DNA of 64,000 bases, taken from contig NC_043023.1 in NCBI RefSeq assembly GCF_006345805.1, positions 5,580,001 to 5,644,000 of the forward strand. Direction: 5' to 3'. The notes under the pieces were generated by a model. The model did not search any database, was not told where the DNA came from, and was given only the letters and a program-made list of their open reading frames with translations. This DNA comes from Octopus sinensis. Its lineage: Eukaryota. Of this stretch, positions 24,512 through 37,166 are shown in pieces. Position 1 is the first letter of the stretch. The number at the start of each line of letters is the position of its first letter. The position numbers were made by a program, and so were the translations under genes.

Positions 24512-26062
24512 GTGGTATTTATTCGATTGGAGACTTTTGCCTCGCTGCTAAGTTATGAGGACATAAATAAACCAGCACCAGTTGTGAAGCTGTGAGTGCG
24601 TGGGTGGGGCAAACAAAGACACACACACACAAATATCATCATCATCATTTTTTTCATGCTAGTATGGGTTGGATGGTTTGATATAAACTGGTGCGCCAAA
24701 AGGATTTGCTGAGCTCCAAATGTCTATTTTGGCTTGGTTTCTACAGCTGGATATTCATCCTAATGCCAACCACTTTGCATCGATGCTTCTATAACTTCCC
24801 TATGCAAACCCATTCTTGCCTCTTACTTTCTCGTTCCTTGCAGTGGCTTCTCACAAATGCTGACCCCATGTCGCAGTCGGTTCTAACGTTCCAGCAACAA
24901 AGTAATGCGTCTGCTAGTGGCTCAAAAATCCAGCTTGCAAATTTGGCAAATGCTTCACTGGGAGAGCAAATGTGTTGGATCAGAATCGAAATTGAACCAA
25001 TCCTATGACTGGCACCCGGCAGGTACCAGGGCCGCTGGACTGGCTCCTGTGCGGGTGGCAGGTAAAGAAACACCATTTCGACCCTGTGCTTGAGGAGACC
25101 TATTGAGTCCAGTAAATCAACATCAAAAATCAATGGAAATTGTAGTTGTGATCCCTATGCTGGTCTCATGTAAAAAGCACCATCCGAACGTGGCCGATGC
25201 CAGCATCGCCTTGACTGGCTTCCGTGCTAGTGGCATGCAAAAAGCACCAACCGATCGTGGCCGTTGCCAGTCTCCCCTGGCACGTAAAAAGCACCCACTA
25301 CACTCATGGAGTGGTTGGTGTTAGGAAGGGCATCCAGCTGTAGATTCACTCCAGATCAGACTGGGCCTGGTGCAGCCCCTGGCTTCCCAGACCCCAGTTG
25401 AACCGTCCAACCCATGCTAGCATGGAAAATGGACGTTAAACGATGATGGTGATGATGATCGCGGATGCTGTAGCCATTGCTGTCATTTCTTATCGAGGTG
25501 TAGAGTTCATGTTCAAAGTTTCGGTGGGAATCCAAGTTTATTTGTGGTTCCTGACCACATGGAGTAGTGTGATCTGTTGCAGCTCATCCTGCTGTCGGTT
25601 GTTGACTGTTGCAGAGGGTTCACTGACAAAGCCACCAATGATTATCAGAGCAGATTTAGCCTGGGTTTCAATCAAGTTCTTCTCATGCTAAGAGGTTATT
25701 TCTAATCCAGATCAGAATAGAACTGAGAGCAATAGGGGCTAATAGGTGGTTCCATTCTCTTCAAAATCCCAGAACTCCTGTATCAAAGCTCTGCTACATG
25801 ATGCAGTTTAACCTTTTAGCATTTAGATTTCTCTCTCTAATGTAATGTGCCCTTGTATTGCTGACTAACATATATTTATTGTATAACATATATACAATGT
25901 GTGTGTGTATAAAATATATGTGTGTGTATGTGTAACATACAATATATATGTATGTGTAACATATACACACACACACACACACACGTATAAATGTGTGTGT
26001 GTATATATAGACACACATATGTATGTATATATGTGTATATTTGTGTGTGTGTGTATATATAT

Positions 26063-26547
26063 ATATGTAAACAAAGATAAATGCGATACAATAAAATTAA
26101 TTATAATCGCCGGTGTACCAGTACACGCCATATATTATTCATATATCATTACATTCAAGGCGAAGAGTGCACTAGATACACAATAGCTGGATAAATTTAG
26201 TGAGATGAAAATTAAAAACTTTTACAAACTTAGCTTTTCTTATACTGCAGTTTCGCCAAATTCAGTAATAAAAATAATATTTATTTACTCAGGCTGGCTC
26301 TTCGGTAAGATTCCTGTTAATGATGGGAAGACCATATTAATAGACCCATGTGCGTCTATTGAAATGCTCTTTCTAAACTATTCAAAACACTGCGCAGACT
26401 CAGAACAAACCCGACAAAATAGGGGATTGTGGTATATCGTCTAACGGTCAGAAATTTATCGAGAGAATATGTAAACAAAGATAAATGCGATACAATAAAA
26501 TTAATTATAATCGCCGGTGTACCAGTACACGCCATATATTATTCATA
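26063..26547 (-). mobile_element. Terminally redundant 404-bp unit carrying a hammerhead (retrozyme- or Penelope pLTR-like)
   Basis: 81-bp direct repeats at 26063-26143 and 26467-26547 with one hammerhead between them. Confidence 0.65.
26238..26310 (-). ncRNA. Type I hammerhead ribozyme candidate (U4C core)
   Basis: UCUUA-CCGAAGA-GCCA...UGGC-GAAA-C-UGCA-G-UA-UAAGA: 5-bp stem I, G-C-closed stem II, palindromic stem III, GUA triplet. Confidence 0.7.
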
Positions 26548-27143
26548 CAGACCCGGCAAGCCAAGTGAGACCATAACCCGTGATCTATGCCAGGGGTGTA
26601 ACCAGCCCACTTATGCATACCTTTCCTTCATTGGACACTAAACTCTGCTTGCGAAGACCTATTGAGGCAAGTGAAATCGAAATCAAATTTGATGACTGGC
26701 ATCTGTGCTAGTGGAGCGCTAAGAGCATCATCTGAGCATGATCGTTGCCAGAGCAGCTAACTGGCTTCTGCACATAAAAGGCACCATTCGAGCGTGATCG
26801 TTACCAGCGCCACCTTATTGGCACTTGTGCCAGTGGTACATGAAAAAAAAACATTTGCTCGAGGTCATTGCCAGTGCTTCTAGACTGGCTCCTGTGCAGG
26901 TGGCATGCAAAAAACACCTTTTGAGCATGGCTGTTGCCAGTACCGCTTGACTTGCCCTCGTGCCAGTGGCATGTAAAAGCACCCACTACACTCTTGGAGT
27001 GGTTGGCGTTAGGAAGGGCATCCAGCTGTAGAAACTCTGCCAGATCAGATTGGAGCCTGGCGCAGCCATCCGGTTCACCAGTCCTCAGTCAAATCGTCCA
27101 ACCCATGCTAGCATGGAAAGCAGACGTTAAATGATGATGATGA
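26548..27143 (+). mobile_element. Family D, longest 5' extent in the window
   Basis: Runs from GACCCGGCAAGCC to the GATGATGAT tail. Confidence 0.8.
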
Positions 27144-27813
27144 TAATGGTAGGATAACAGTCCAGTGCACCAAAAAGGCACTCTTTTATTTGTTTCAGTC
27201 ATTTGACTGTGGCCATGCTGGAGCACCGCCTTTAGTTGAGCAAATCGACACCCAGGACTTGTTCTTTGTAAGCCTAGTACTTATTCTATCGGTCTCGCTT
27301 GCTGAACCGCTAATTACGGGGACATAAACGCACCAGCATCGGTTGTCAATCGATGTTGGTGGGGACTAACACAGACACGCAAACATACACATACACATAT
27401 ATATATATAAATATATATACATATATATATACAACAGGCTTCTTTCAGTTTCTGTCTACCAATAAACACTCACAATGCCTGGTCTGGGAATCGAAACCGC
27501 AATCCTACGACCGTGAGTCCGCTGCCCTAACTACTGGGCCATTGCACCTCCACGTGGGCTGATATAATACAGTTGAACATCCAACACACAGAACAACAGT
27601 TTAACCCTCTACCATTTAAACCAGTCATATCCAGCCAAAATAATCTACCTGTATTATCTTTGAACCGGCCAGATCTGGTCTCTCACGATTGGCTCTACAA
27701 TATTATTCTAAAAATAGACAATTATGTCATTGAAAAGCTCAAAGTTACAAGGTAAGGCATAACTAATTCATATCAATGGGGATAATTAAGCATTACATTT
27801 GACAAAGCAACTA

Positions 27814-28305
27814 CCGTAAATCCTTGAGTATAATACGCAGGGGATTTTTAGTGGGGTGTACCTCTGAAAAACCTAAACCTTGTGTATAATACGCACCCCT
27901 TCTCTAACTTGAGTCAAGGAGGTCTATATAACGTCCTTGGTTTGTAAAACTGTATACGGTAACGTCCTTTATTATTATTGTATATATAACATAATACAAA
28001 CGTGTAGCTTTTTTGTGCATTTTGTTTGCAGAAAATAAAGAAATAACAGTAATAACATTTAATAAATGTTGCTTACTGCAAGTTATGGATGATTCTTTAA
28101 TGACTTCATTGCTTTCAGGCTTAGCTTAAGGGATTTTTGCGCCCGACATCACAAAATGCGTCTGAATAAACATTGCCGGACAGCAAATAGAGACTAGGAC
28201 ATTGCTTAGAAAATAATCTTCATTTTTAACCTCGTATATAGTATGCCCTAGGGATTTTGACCTTTAAATTTTGGGGGGATTTGGATTATACTCGAGGATT
28301 TACGG
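27814..28305. mobile_element. TA-flanked Tc1/pogo-type MITE
   Basis: TA|CCGTAAATCCTTGAGTATAAT ... ATTATACTCGAGGATTTACGG|TA. Confidence 0.85.
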
Positions 28306-28599
28306 TATTTGGAGATTTGCTTGCTTCATGCTCTTGCTTGATGGGGCTGGGGGTCATCTTAGGTTACTGGTCCCAGCGACAGTGCATAGAGACCAGGTCC
28401 ACCAGTGGTCTCAATCACTGGTGGTTCTGTATCATCCTCTTTGCATCCTCTAATGTAACATACAAGACTTTTTTTTACATTTCCTTCTTTCCTTTTCTAA
28501 AGACAATTGACAAGACAACATTTGATAAGTCTGTTAACCCCTTGGGGGTCGTTGGGGCATTGCAGCCATGCAGGGTATCTAGGGCAAGAAAGCCTGGTG

Positions 28600-29038
28600 G
28601 AGCCGATCCCTCTCCAGGCTAAACTCATTTCTGCAGCTGAGTGGACTAGAGCAACATGAAATGAAGCATTTTGCTCAAGAACACGATGCATTGCCTGGTT
28701 CAGAGATCGAAACCACAATCTTATGGTTATGAATCCAAAACCCTAACGACTAAGCCATGCACCTCCACTAGGGGTACTCATTTCTTTAGCTGAATGGACT
28801 GGAGCAAAGTGAAGTGAAGTGTTTTGCTCAAGAACACAATGCATCGCCTGGTCCAGGAATCGAAACCACAATCTTACAATTATGAGTCTAACACCCTAAC
28901 CACTAAGCCATGCACCTCCACTTTTTAAAGATGAAAGCATTGCTCAAGAATACAATGCATTGCCTTGTCCAGGAATCGAAACCACAATCTTACGATCATG
29001 AGTCCAACACCCTAACCACTAAGCCACGTGCCTCCACA
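28600..29038 (-). repeat. Three tandem SINE-E-like tRNA heads
   Basis: GCTCAAGAA...ATCGAAACCACAATCTTA...CCCTAACCACTAAGCCA repeated three times. Confidence 0.8.
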
Positions 29039-29039
29039 C

Positions 29040-29790
29040 ATATCCACTAATACTAATTACTATACTATACATTAGATAATGTAGTTCTAGATACACTATG
29101 CCTAAATAAAAGAAGGGATGGTCACAGCTGGAACATCTTCGATTGTAGGTCTGGTAGATGAGGAACTGACCTGGAGATAAGCAACAACTATAGCTACTAA
29201 TACTAACTACTATACTGTACATTAGATAATGTTGTCCTAGATATACTATGCTTGAATAAAAGACGAGATGGTCATAGCTGGGACATCTTTGATCATAGGT
29301 CTACTGGATCAGGACTGACCTAGGGCCAAACAACAACTATAGCCACTAATACTAATCACTACACTATACATTACATAGTATAGTCCTAGATATACTATGC
29401 CTGAATAAAAGACGGGATGGTCACAGCTAGAGTATACTTGATCTTAGGCCTGTTGTATCAGGATTGACCTGGGGCTAAACAGCTATCGCCACTAATACTA
29501 ACGACTATACTTTACATTAGATAATGTAGTCCTAGATACACTATGTGTGAATAAAAGATGAGATAGTCACAGCTGGGACATCTTTGATCATAGGTCTACT
29601 GGATCAGGACTGACCCTTGGTTAAACAACAACCACAGCCATTAATAATAACTACAATACGACACATTAAGTAATGTCTTAGGTACACTTTGTGGTAACAG
29701 CTGGAACATATTTGATCATAAATCTGCTGGATTAAGACTGACCTGGGGCTAAACAACAGCTATATCCTCTAACATTCACTATTACACTTA
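29040..29790 (+). repeat. About 125-bp tandem satellite, about 6 units
   Basis: Same unit as 3990-4300. Confidence 0.85.
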
Positions 29791-30296
29791 GGCAGTGAGC
29801 TGGCAGAATCATTAGCATGCCAGGTAAATGCTTAGCTTAGTGGTATTTCGTCTGTCTTCAAGTTCTGAGTTCAAATTCCTCCAGGGTTGACTTTGCCTTT
29901 CATCCTTTTTGGGGGTTGATGAAATAAGTACAAGTTGATTACTGGGGTTGATGCATCTGACTCAACCTCACCCCCAAAATTGCTGGCCTTGTGCCAAAAC
30001 TTGGAATCTTTATTAACAACTATATTGTTCCTTCTTGAGCCATGCCTGGCTCATAAGGGCCGGTTTCCCGGTTTCCTTGACGTATAGGTTCCCCACCTGC
30101 ACGTGATGCAGGAGGAAAGAGTGAGAGAAAGTTGTGGCAAAAGAGTCAGCAGAAGTTCACCATTACCTTCTGCCGGAGCAGCATGGAGCTTAGGTGTTTC
30201 GCTCATAAACATACACATCACCTGGTCTGAGATTCGGACCCGTGATCCCTTGACCACGATTCCGCTGCTCTAACCACTAGGCTATGTGCCTCCACC

Positions 30297-30333
<37 letters not shown>

Positions 30334-30632
30334 TGTTGTTTGTTCCTTCTCGAGCCACGCCTGGTTCATAAGGGCCAGTTTACCGGTCTCCTTGGCATTT
30401 AGGTTCCCCACCTGGATGGGATGCTGGTCGTTGCAGGTGAGCTGCTAGATGCAGGAGGAAAGAGTGAGAGAAAGTTGTGGCAAAAAGTCAGCAGAAGTTC
30501 GCCATTAACTTCTGCTGGAGCTGCGTGGAGCTTAGGTGTTTTGCTCATAAACATCGCCTGGTCTGAGATTTGAACCCGCGATCTCTCGACTGCAATTCCG
30601 CTGCTCTAACCACTAGGCCATTTGCCTCCACA

Positions 30633-31265
30633 TTAACTACTATACTATACATTAAATACTGTAGTCCTAGATACACTGTTTAGATAAAAGAATCAAATGG
30701 TCACAGGTGGAACATCTTTGATCATAGGTCTGTCTCCTGGATCAGGGCTGACCTGGGGCTAAACAACAAAAACTGCTATTATGGCCAGTAATACTTCTCT
30801 ACTATACATTAGATAATGTAGTCCTAGATACTCTTTGAGTAACAGATGGGATGGTCACAGCTGGAACTCTTTTGATCAAAGTTCTGTTGGAGCTGGACTG
30901 ACCTGGGGCTAAACATCAACAACAACTACTACTATCACCACTACTACAGCCACTAATACTACTATTCTATACATTAGATAATGTAGTCCTAGGTACACTA
31001 TGTCTGAATAAAAGATGGGATGGTCACGACTGGAATGTCTTTGATTGTATGTTTATTGGAGCGGGACTGACCTGAGGCTAAACAAGGACTGCAAAAACAT
31101 CAACTATAGTTACTAATACTAATTGCAATACTATACTTTAGGTAATGTACTCCTAGAAATACTTATATCTGAATAAAAGATGGGGATGGTCACAGTGGGA
31201 TCACTTTTGATCATAGGTCTGGTAGATCAAGACTGATCTGGGGGCTAAACAACCACCACCACTGT
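30633..31265 (+). repeat. About 125-bp tandem satellite, about 5 units
   Basis: Array resumes after SINE insertions at 29791-30632. Confidence 0.85.
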
Positions 31266-31431
31266 AGTTTTTATCTATTTGTGGATTACTACTAACTATT
31301 CGTATACGCCAAACTATGCCAAGAAACATTCTACCGCATCTAACTTTCGCACACCTTTAGATTTATCAACCTGCCCGTCGAGGCAAAGTATTGTAACGTA
31401 ACGGTAAATAAATATTTCCTTAAAACTTCAC

Positions 31432-31589
31432 GAGTGGCTGTGTGGTAAGTAGCTTGCTAACCAGCCACATGGTTCCGGGTTCAGTCTCACTGCGTGGCAT
31501 CTTGGGCAAGTGTCTTCTACTATAGCCTCGGGCCGACCAAAGCCTTGTGAGTGGATTTGGTAGACGGAAATTGAAAGAAGTCCGTTGTA

Positions 31590-31641
<52 letters not shown>

Positions 31642-31865
31642 TGTGTGCTTGTGTGTCTATGTTTGTCCCCCCTAGCATTGCTTGACAACCGATGCTGGTG
31701 CGTTTATGTCCCCGTTACTTAGCGGTTCGGCAAAAGAGACCGATAGAATAAGTACTGGACTTACAAAAGAATAAGTCCCGGGGTCGAGTTGCTCGATTAA
31801 AGGCGGTGCTCCAGCATGGCCGCAGTCAAATGACTGAAACAAGCAAAAGAGAAAGAGTAAAAGAG
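31432..31865 (+). mobile_element. SINE family A
   Basis: Full-length copy with (AAAGAG)n tail. Confidence 0.88.
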
Positions 31866-32548
31866 CATTGTTCATCTTACACATCCTACAGTGTGCGATT
31901 ATAACAACTGATTTTTATCGTCACAACTGCCGACTCCCACATTTCATAATATTGTGTACCTAATCAATCTTACCTGTTACACACTTAAAATTCCTGCGTT
32001 TTTAATCAAGACCTTTATTTACTATCATGACAACACTGCCTCGTGACACACACTCTGTCTTATTGTACTTCTCTCCCAATAACTTTTTCTCCTCCTCTAC
32101 TTCATCCCCTAAATATATGTTGTGACAGGGTTATATCACCTGTTGATTCCTCCCTTTTTTCCCCTCCTTCACATATATCTTGTGATGGACAGACAGATGG
32201 AGACTAGCTTCTCTTTTATAATATACTTGCACTGAGTGTGGACTTTTAAGCTAGACCCTCTGTAGGGATCCTTTCTATTATAGGCACTAGGGCTGAAATT
32301 TTGTGGGAGGGGTTAAGTTGATTACATCAACCCCAGTACTCAGCTGGTGCTTAATTTATAAGGCAAAGTCAACCTCGGTGGAATTTGAACTCAATGTAGT
32401 GACAGGCAAAATACTGTTAAGCATTTCACCCAGTGTGCTAACGATTCTGCCAATGAAGCATTTATTGGTACCCTACCAATATGGTATTACTTTAAATTCA
32501 GTTTAAATGAAAAACTTTTAAGTTCACAAATTTTTGGAGTTCTTTTAA

Positions 32549-33014
32549 CCCTTTTGTTACCAACCCAGCTGAAACTGGTTCTGGCTCTGTAGTACAAATG
32601 TCTTGCTTTCCTAAGTTTTGAATTAAAATCTTCCACCAAACCTTAGTCACAATTCATGTTTCTAACACTAGCTGAATGATAACTAAGTTATTTTACTAAA
32701 TTCTTTGTTATATTGAAAATGAATTGAAAGAAACACAGAGCATCTCAATAGAAATACGGTAACAAAAGGGTTAAAGTCACCATGATATTTTTAACCCTTT
32801 TGATACAAATCCAGCTGAAACTGCCTCTGGCTCTGAGTACAAATGTCTTGCTTTCCTAAGTTTTGAATTAAAATCTTCCACCAAACCTTAGTCACAATTT
32901 ATGTTCCTAACACTAGCTTAATGATAACTAAGTTATTTTACTAAATTCTTTCTTATATTTAAAGTAATTTAAAGAAACACAAAGCCTCTCAAAATCAATA
33001 CAGTAACGAAAGGG
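32549..33014 (+). mobile_element. Third piggyBac-type MITE pair (32549-32770, 32795-33014)
   Basis: Same family, TTAA flanks. Confidence 0.85.
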
Positions 33015-33428
33015 TTAAAATTTGAATTTTCAACTGTTAGCATATAACAAATCCTCATCCAGATCTGATCCTAATGCTGGATGTTCAAGAACCAAACGAA
33101 GGCCAGATTTTCAATCCTGAGATCATCCTGATTCCAAAAAGGTACAATATGTCAGTGTAGAGCAAACATAGACCGAGATACGGGGGGTCCCAGACTGACA
33201 GACAGAATTTCACATTTACTATTATAGAACAGGGGCTTCTCAACCATTTTTTTAATGTATGGACCCCTTTGATTACTGTTTTATTCTGGTGGTGCCTCAT
33301 AACCATTCGATGTTAAAAACTAGTTTTATAGCTCTTTCAAAATTCCTATTTTGTTTTTCACACGTTAATCCTTTTGTTACCGTATTTCTGTTGAGATGCT
33401 CTGTGTTTCTTTCAATTAATTTTAAATA

Positions 33429-33880
33429 TTGGGATGTCCGGAAAGTTCGTGCCGATTTTTAAAGGAAAGAAAAAGGTCAATAAATACTTGCCATTACATT
33501 TTTAATCAACCAAATATGAACTATTTTGTTGCACAATGCGTCTCCATCTTTCCTTTAACTTGAAAATACCCTATTCCCAGAATTGAGGTGGTTTCATGGC
33601 AAAGAATTCATCAAGGTATCTTTTTGCATCATCCAAGAAATTGAAATTTTTACCATTCTGCAGAGAGCTGAGTAAGTGGAAATCCGAAGGAGCAATATCT
33701 GGTGAATATGGAGGGTGGGGTAACACATCCCAGCTGAGCTGCAGCAATTTTTGTCTGGTTCCCAAAGCATCAAGTGCCGAAAATAAACTTTCTTATCTTC
33801 CATTTTAAAGGGTTACAAAATTAACACAGGTTATAGGAACATAAACTTCTTCCACGAAAAGATAGCTTAAACTGTGCTTG
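33429..33880 (-). mobile_element. Internally deleted mariner transposon remnant
   Basis: MEDKKVYFRHLML N-terminus abuts the C-terminal WDVLPHPPYSPDIAPSDFHL motif; TA at 33427-33428. Confidence 0.88.
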
Positions 33881-34791
33881 AATGTTTTTCACGTGCCAGT
33901 AAGGCAATGCAGGTAACGATCACGCTCGAAGTGTGTACTTAACGTGCCACCGGCACGGAAGCCAGTTTGCTGCTCTGGCAATGATCACGCTCGAATGGTG
34001 CTCTTAGCGCTCCACTAGGACGGATTTGAGAACCACTGTAATAAAAGATGAGGCAGTCCTTTATTTTACTGAGTTTATTGCTCTTCGTCAGATTTTGTCT
34101 TTTACCTTGTGGTGGCACCCAAAAATCACACCCCTCACCTGAAGGGGCTCAGTGGGGTTCCCAGTTTAGTATACATTGTTTGACACACCTACACACATGT
34201 TATATATGAACAAATATATATGTCCCACCATCCTTCTATTCACTTCACATCCTGCATCTGTCGCTCAAAATAAACAGCTGTTACTCAAACAGACTCCCGT
34301 GGTTCAAAATAAACAAACTATTTGTCAGAATTGTTCAACACTTCCACCATTAATTTCTCTTTCAGTTAACATTTGGTACCCACAAACACACACACACACA
34401 TGTACATGCACTCATGCATACATACACATACATACACAAACTCAAACACATTCATTCTCTCTCTCTTTCTCTTTCGCTTTCTTTATGTAGTTTAATAGTA
34501 TATTAATAGTATATATTTGTATTTTGTATTGTATTTTTATGTCTATATTTTTGTCTGATTACATGGTTTTTAGCTCTACTTTACAGTTTTGAGAACTTTG
34601 TATTTATTACATACAATTATGCTTATAGATTTATTGGGAAGTGTGTATGTGTGTGTGTGTGTGTATAGATATGTATGTGTATATGTATGCATTTGTATGT
34701 GTGTGTGTATGTTTTCTACAGTACCCTTGAGTTAACCAAAGCCTTGTGAGTGGATTTGGTAGACAGAAACTGAAAGAAGCCCATCTTAAAG

Positions 34792-35246
34792 TGTGTCAAT
34801 AGTCAGCTGGAGGAGATGTCTTCCTGGGGCTACAAGCTACAGTAGTATCAACCCTTAAGGGTTAGCCACATTTAGGTGGTAAATATATTTCCCAATGTCA
34901 TGCAGCTACTGTTTATATCTTGCTCAGAGATTTATCATTGTTTGTTTCCACTTTTTCGAGATCAGTGACTTTTCATCACTGGAAAAAGTATATATATATC
35001 TGCGTTGAGAATCACTTCCCATCAACCAGTGGTTGTCACACGCTGATGACAGGTCAATATCCAGAAACCCGGGTCCGTGTGTATCACGTCAGGTTGAAGA
35101 CGGGAACGATGACTTCTCTTTGCAAATCTTGATAGGGCACAGATAATGTGTCAATAGTCATCTGGAGGCAATGTCTTCCTGGGCCTACAAGCTACAGTAG
35201 CATCCACCCTTAAGGGTTAGTCACATTTAAGTGGCAAATATACTTC
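34792..35246 (+). mobile_element. Terminally redundant 355-bp unit carrying a hammerhead (retrozyme- or Penelope pLTR-like)
   Basis: About 100-bp diverged direct repeats at 34792-34891 and 35147-35246 with one hammerhead between them. Confidence 0.62.
35037..35081 (+). ncRNA. Type I hammerhead ribozyme candidate with extended stem I
   Basis: CACACG-CUGAUGA-cAGG-UCAAUAU-CCA-GAAA-C-CCGG-G-UC-CGUGUG; stem I extends as an interrupted rod to about 35007-35119; A.A mismatch at the base of stem II. Confidence 0.65.
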
Positions 35247-35311
35247 ATGATATATAGATAAAACTTACTTGGAAAAGGATGCATGGTGTTCAATCATATA
35301 ATAATATGAAT

Positions 35312-35356
<45 letters not shown>

Positions 35357-35510
35357 ATATATATATAATATATATATATATAACATATAAAATAAGGGCA
35401 AAAGAAAAATTCTAATGCCAAATATGCCGAAAAAGACAAAATTGTCAATAACCATTATAATTTATGTGTCTCGAAATAAGCCGATAGAAATTTCTAAAAA
35501 AAATCTATTA

Positions 35511-35571
35511 TTACCATATTGGTCCCAATTTCGGAGTTAATTCATAAGAATTTTCCCCTCCTCAGCGATAA
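35511..35571 (-). ncRNA. Type I hammerhead ribozyme candidate, canonical core
   Basis: UUAUCG-CUGAGGA-GGGG-AA-AAUUC-UUAU-GAAUU-AA-CUCC-GAAA-UUGG-GA-CCAA-UA-UGGUAA; all three stems pair; AUA triplet. Confidence 0.78.
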
Positions 35572-36327
35572 ATACGTAAGACATAAATGAAATACTTACT
35601 CATACTCATGGAAAATGCAAGCACTAAGTCCTGAGCAGACCTAAGTACCCCAAATATATCCAAAATAGAAAATCTTCGGCACATATATGCATATATATAT
35701 ATATATGTATACGTACAGACTTACATGTATATGTATATACATACGTATATGTGGGCACAGGACATCACAAAACATAAATAGGAAAAAATACAAAGTATGA
35801 GGATATATTTTTTGTTGTTTACGTTTTGTGACATCCTGTGTCCACATATGCATATGTATGTATGTATACATGTATGTATGTATGTATGCGTATGTATATA
35901 TGCATATATATCTGTGTGTGTGTGTCTTTGTGCCTGTGTTTGTCCACCCACCATTGCTTGAAAACCTATGCTGGTGTGTTTACAACCCCATAACTTAGCG
36001 GTTTGTCATAAGAGACCAATAGAATAAGAACTAGGCTTACAAAGAATAAGTTCTGAGGCTGATTTCTTCAATTAAAGTCTTTGAGGAAGTGCTGCAGCAT
36101 GGCCAGTCAAATGACTGAAACAAATAAAGTATATATATATATACGTTTATATATTTGTTGTGCAAGATTTTTTATGTGAAGTCGTGTGTTGAAACAGATA
36201 TTGTTATATTTCGGAAATAAGATTAAGATTAATGTAAAAAATAAATAACACTGAAGCAAAATAACACCAAATATATAGTGCGTGGGTTTTTATTGGCTAA
36301 ACTGGCAAAATGACCATTCCGAAATAT

Positions 36328-36374
<47 letters not shown>

Positions 36375-36812
36375 TAAATTTTAGGGTAGCAAAAAAAATT
36401 CTAGAAAAATTCTCCACTACAGTGGTCTAGTGAGAAGGAAAAAATAGTCAATAGACTACATAATATACATTAAACACATAAGAGATGGCCATAATAGGAC
36501 ATCTGACTCACTAGAAAGAGCAGTTAAACTCCAAACCACTAATAGTTGTAATTCTGAAATGGAAAGAGAAATAAAAACGTTTACCCTCTCCTTTCTGGAC
36601 TATGCATAGTTTTGGCAATCTTTTGTAAATAAAATAAATTTATTTCAATTTACGATTGGCGTTGCCATCTTCAGCAGGAAGCCAAGGCTAGCATATAGGC
36701 ACGAGGCAATAAGTTTATATATATATATATATGTATGTACAAATGTATTTATATTTATATGCCTGTATTTCTATAGGTGCCTATATATGTGTTGAGTGTC
36801 TGTGTATTTCAG

Positions 36813-37026
36813 CCAATTGAAGCTAACGATGAGGCATTCTGGGAGCAGTTTTGGTCAGACAGTGTCACTACAGTTCAGGATGTTTTCACTCTCATCCCGG
36901 CCGCTGAGATCCGAGCCCTACGTGAAGAATCTCCTTCTAACTTGGCCACCCTTTGCTACAAAGCTGTGGAAAAGTTAGTTGTTGCCGCAGACTGTGGATG
37001 CCCTTCACAGAAAGACCAACAAACAG
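36813..37026 (+). CDS. HID1: HID1 coding exon 2
   Basis: TTTCAG; PIEANDEAFWEQFWSDSVTTVQDVFTLIPAAEIRALREESPSNLATLCYKAVEKL...KDQQT; GTGAGT. Confidence 0.96.
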
Positions 37027-37166
37027 GTGAGTCACCATCTCAATTATTGGTAAATATATATACTTAAGGGTAACATGTATGTATGTATATATATATAATA
37101 AATTCAGGGTGAATACTTGATAAATGTAATCACCTGTATATGCCAGCTAGTAGCATAGGTGAGAGG

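Noticed and set aside
25460-25790. Decayed LINE endonuclease fragment (minus strand)
   Set aside because: Only a faint IIIGGF resemblance to an APE motif; too weak to call.
26555-26612. HDV-like ribozyme at the 5' end of family D
   Set aside because: P1-like (GGCAAG/CUAUGCC) and P2-like (AAGUG/CACUU) pairings exist, but P1 is bulged, P3 is poor and L3 lacks the UCC pattern.
33230-34038. hAT element from CAGGGGCTTCTCAA and GAGAACCACTG ends
   Set aside because: The 8-bp flanks do not match; probably ends of different elements.
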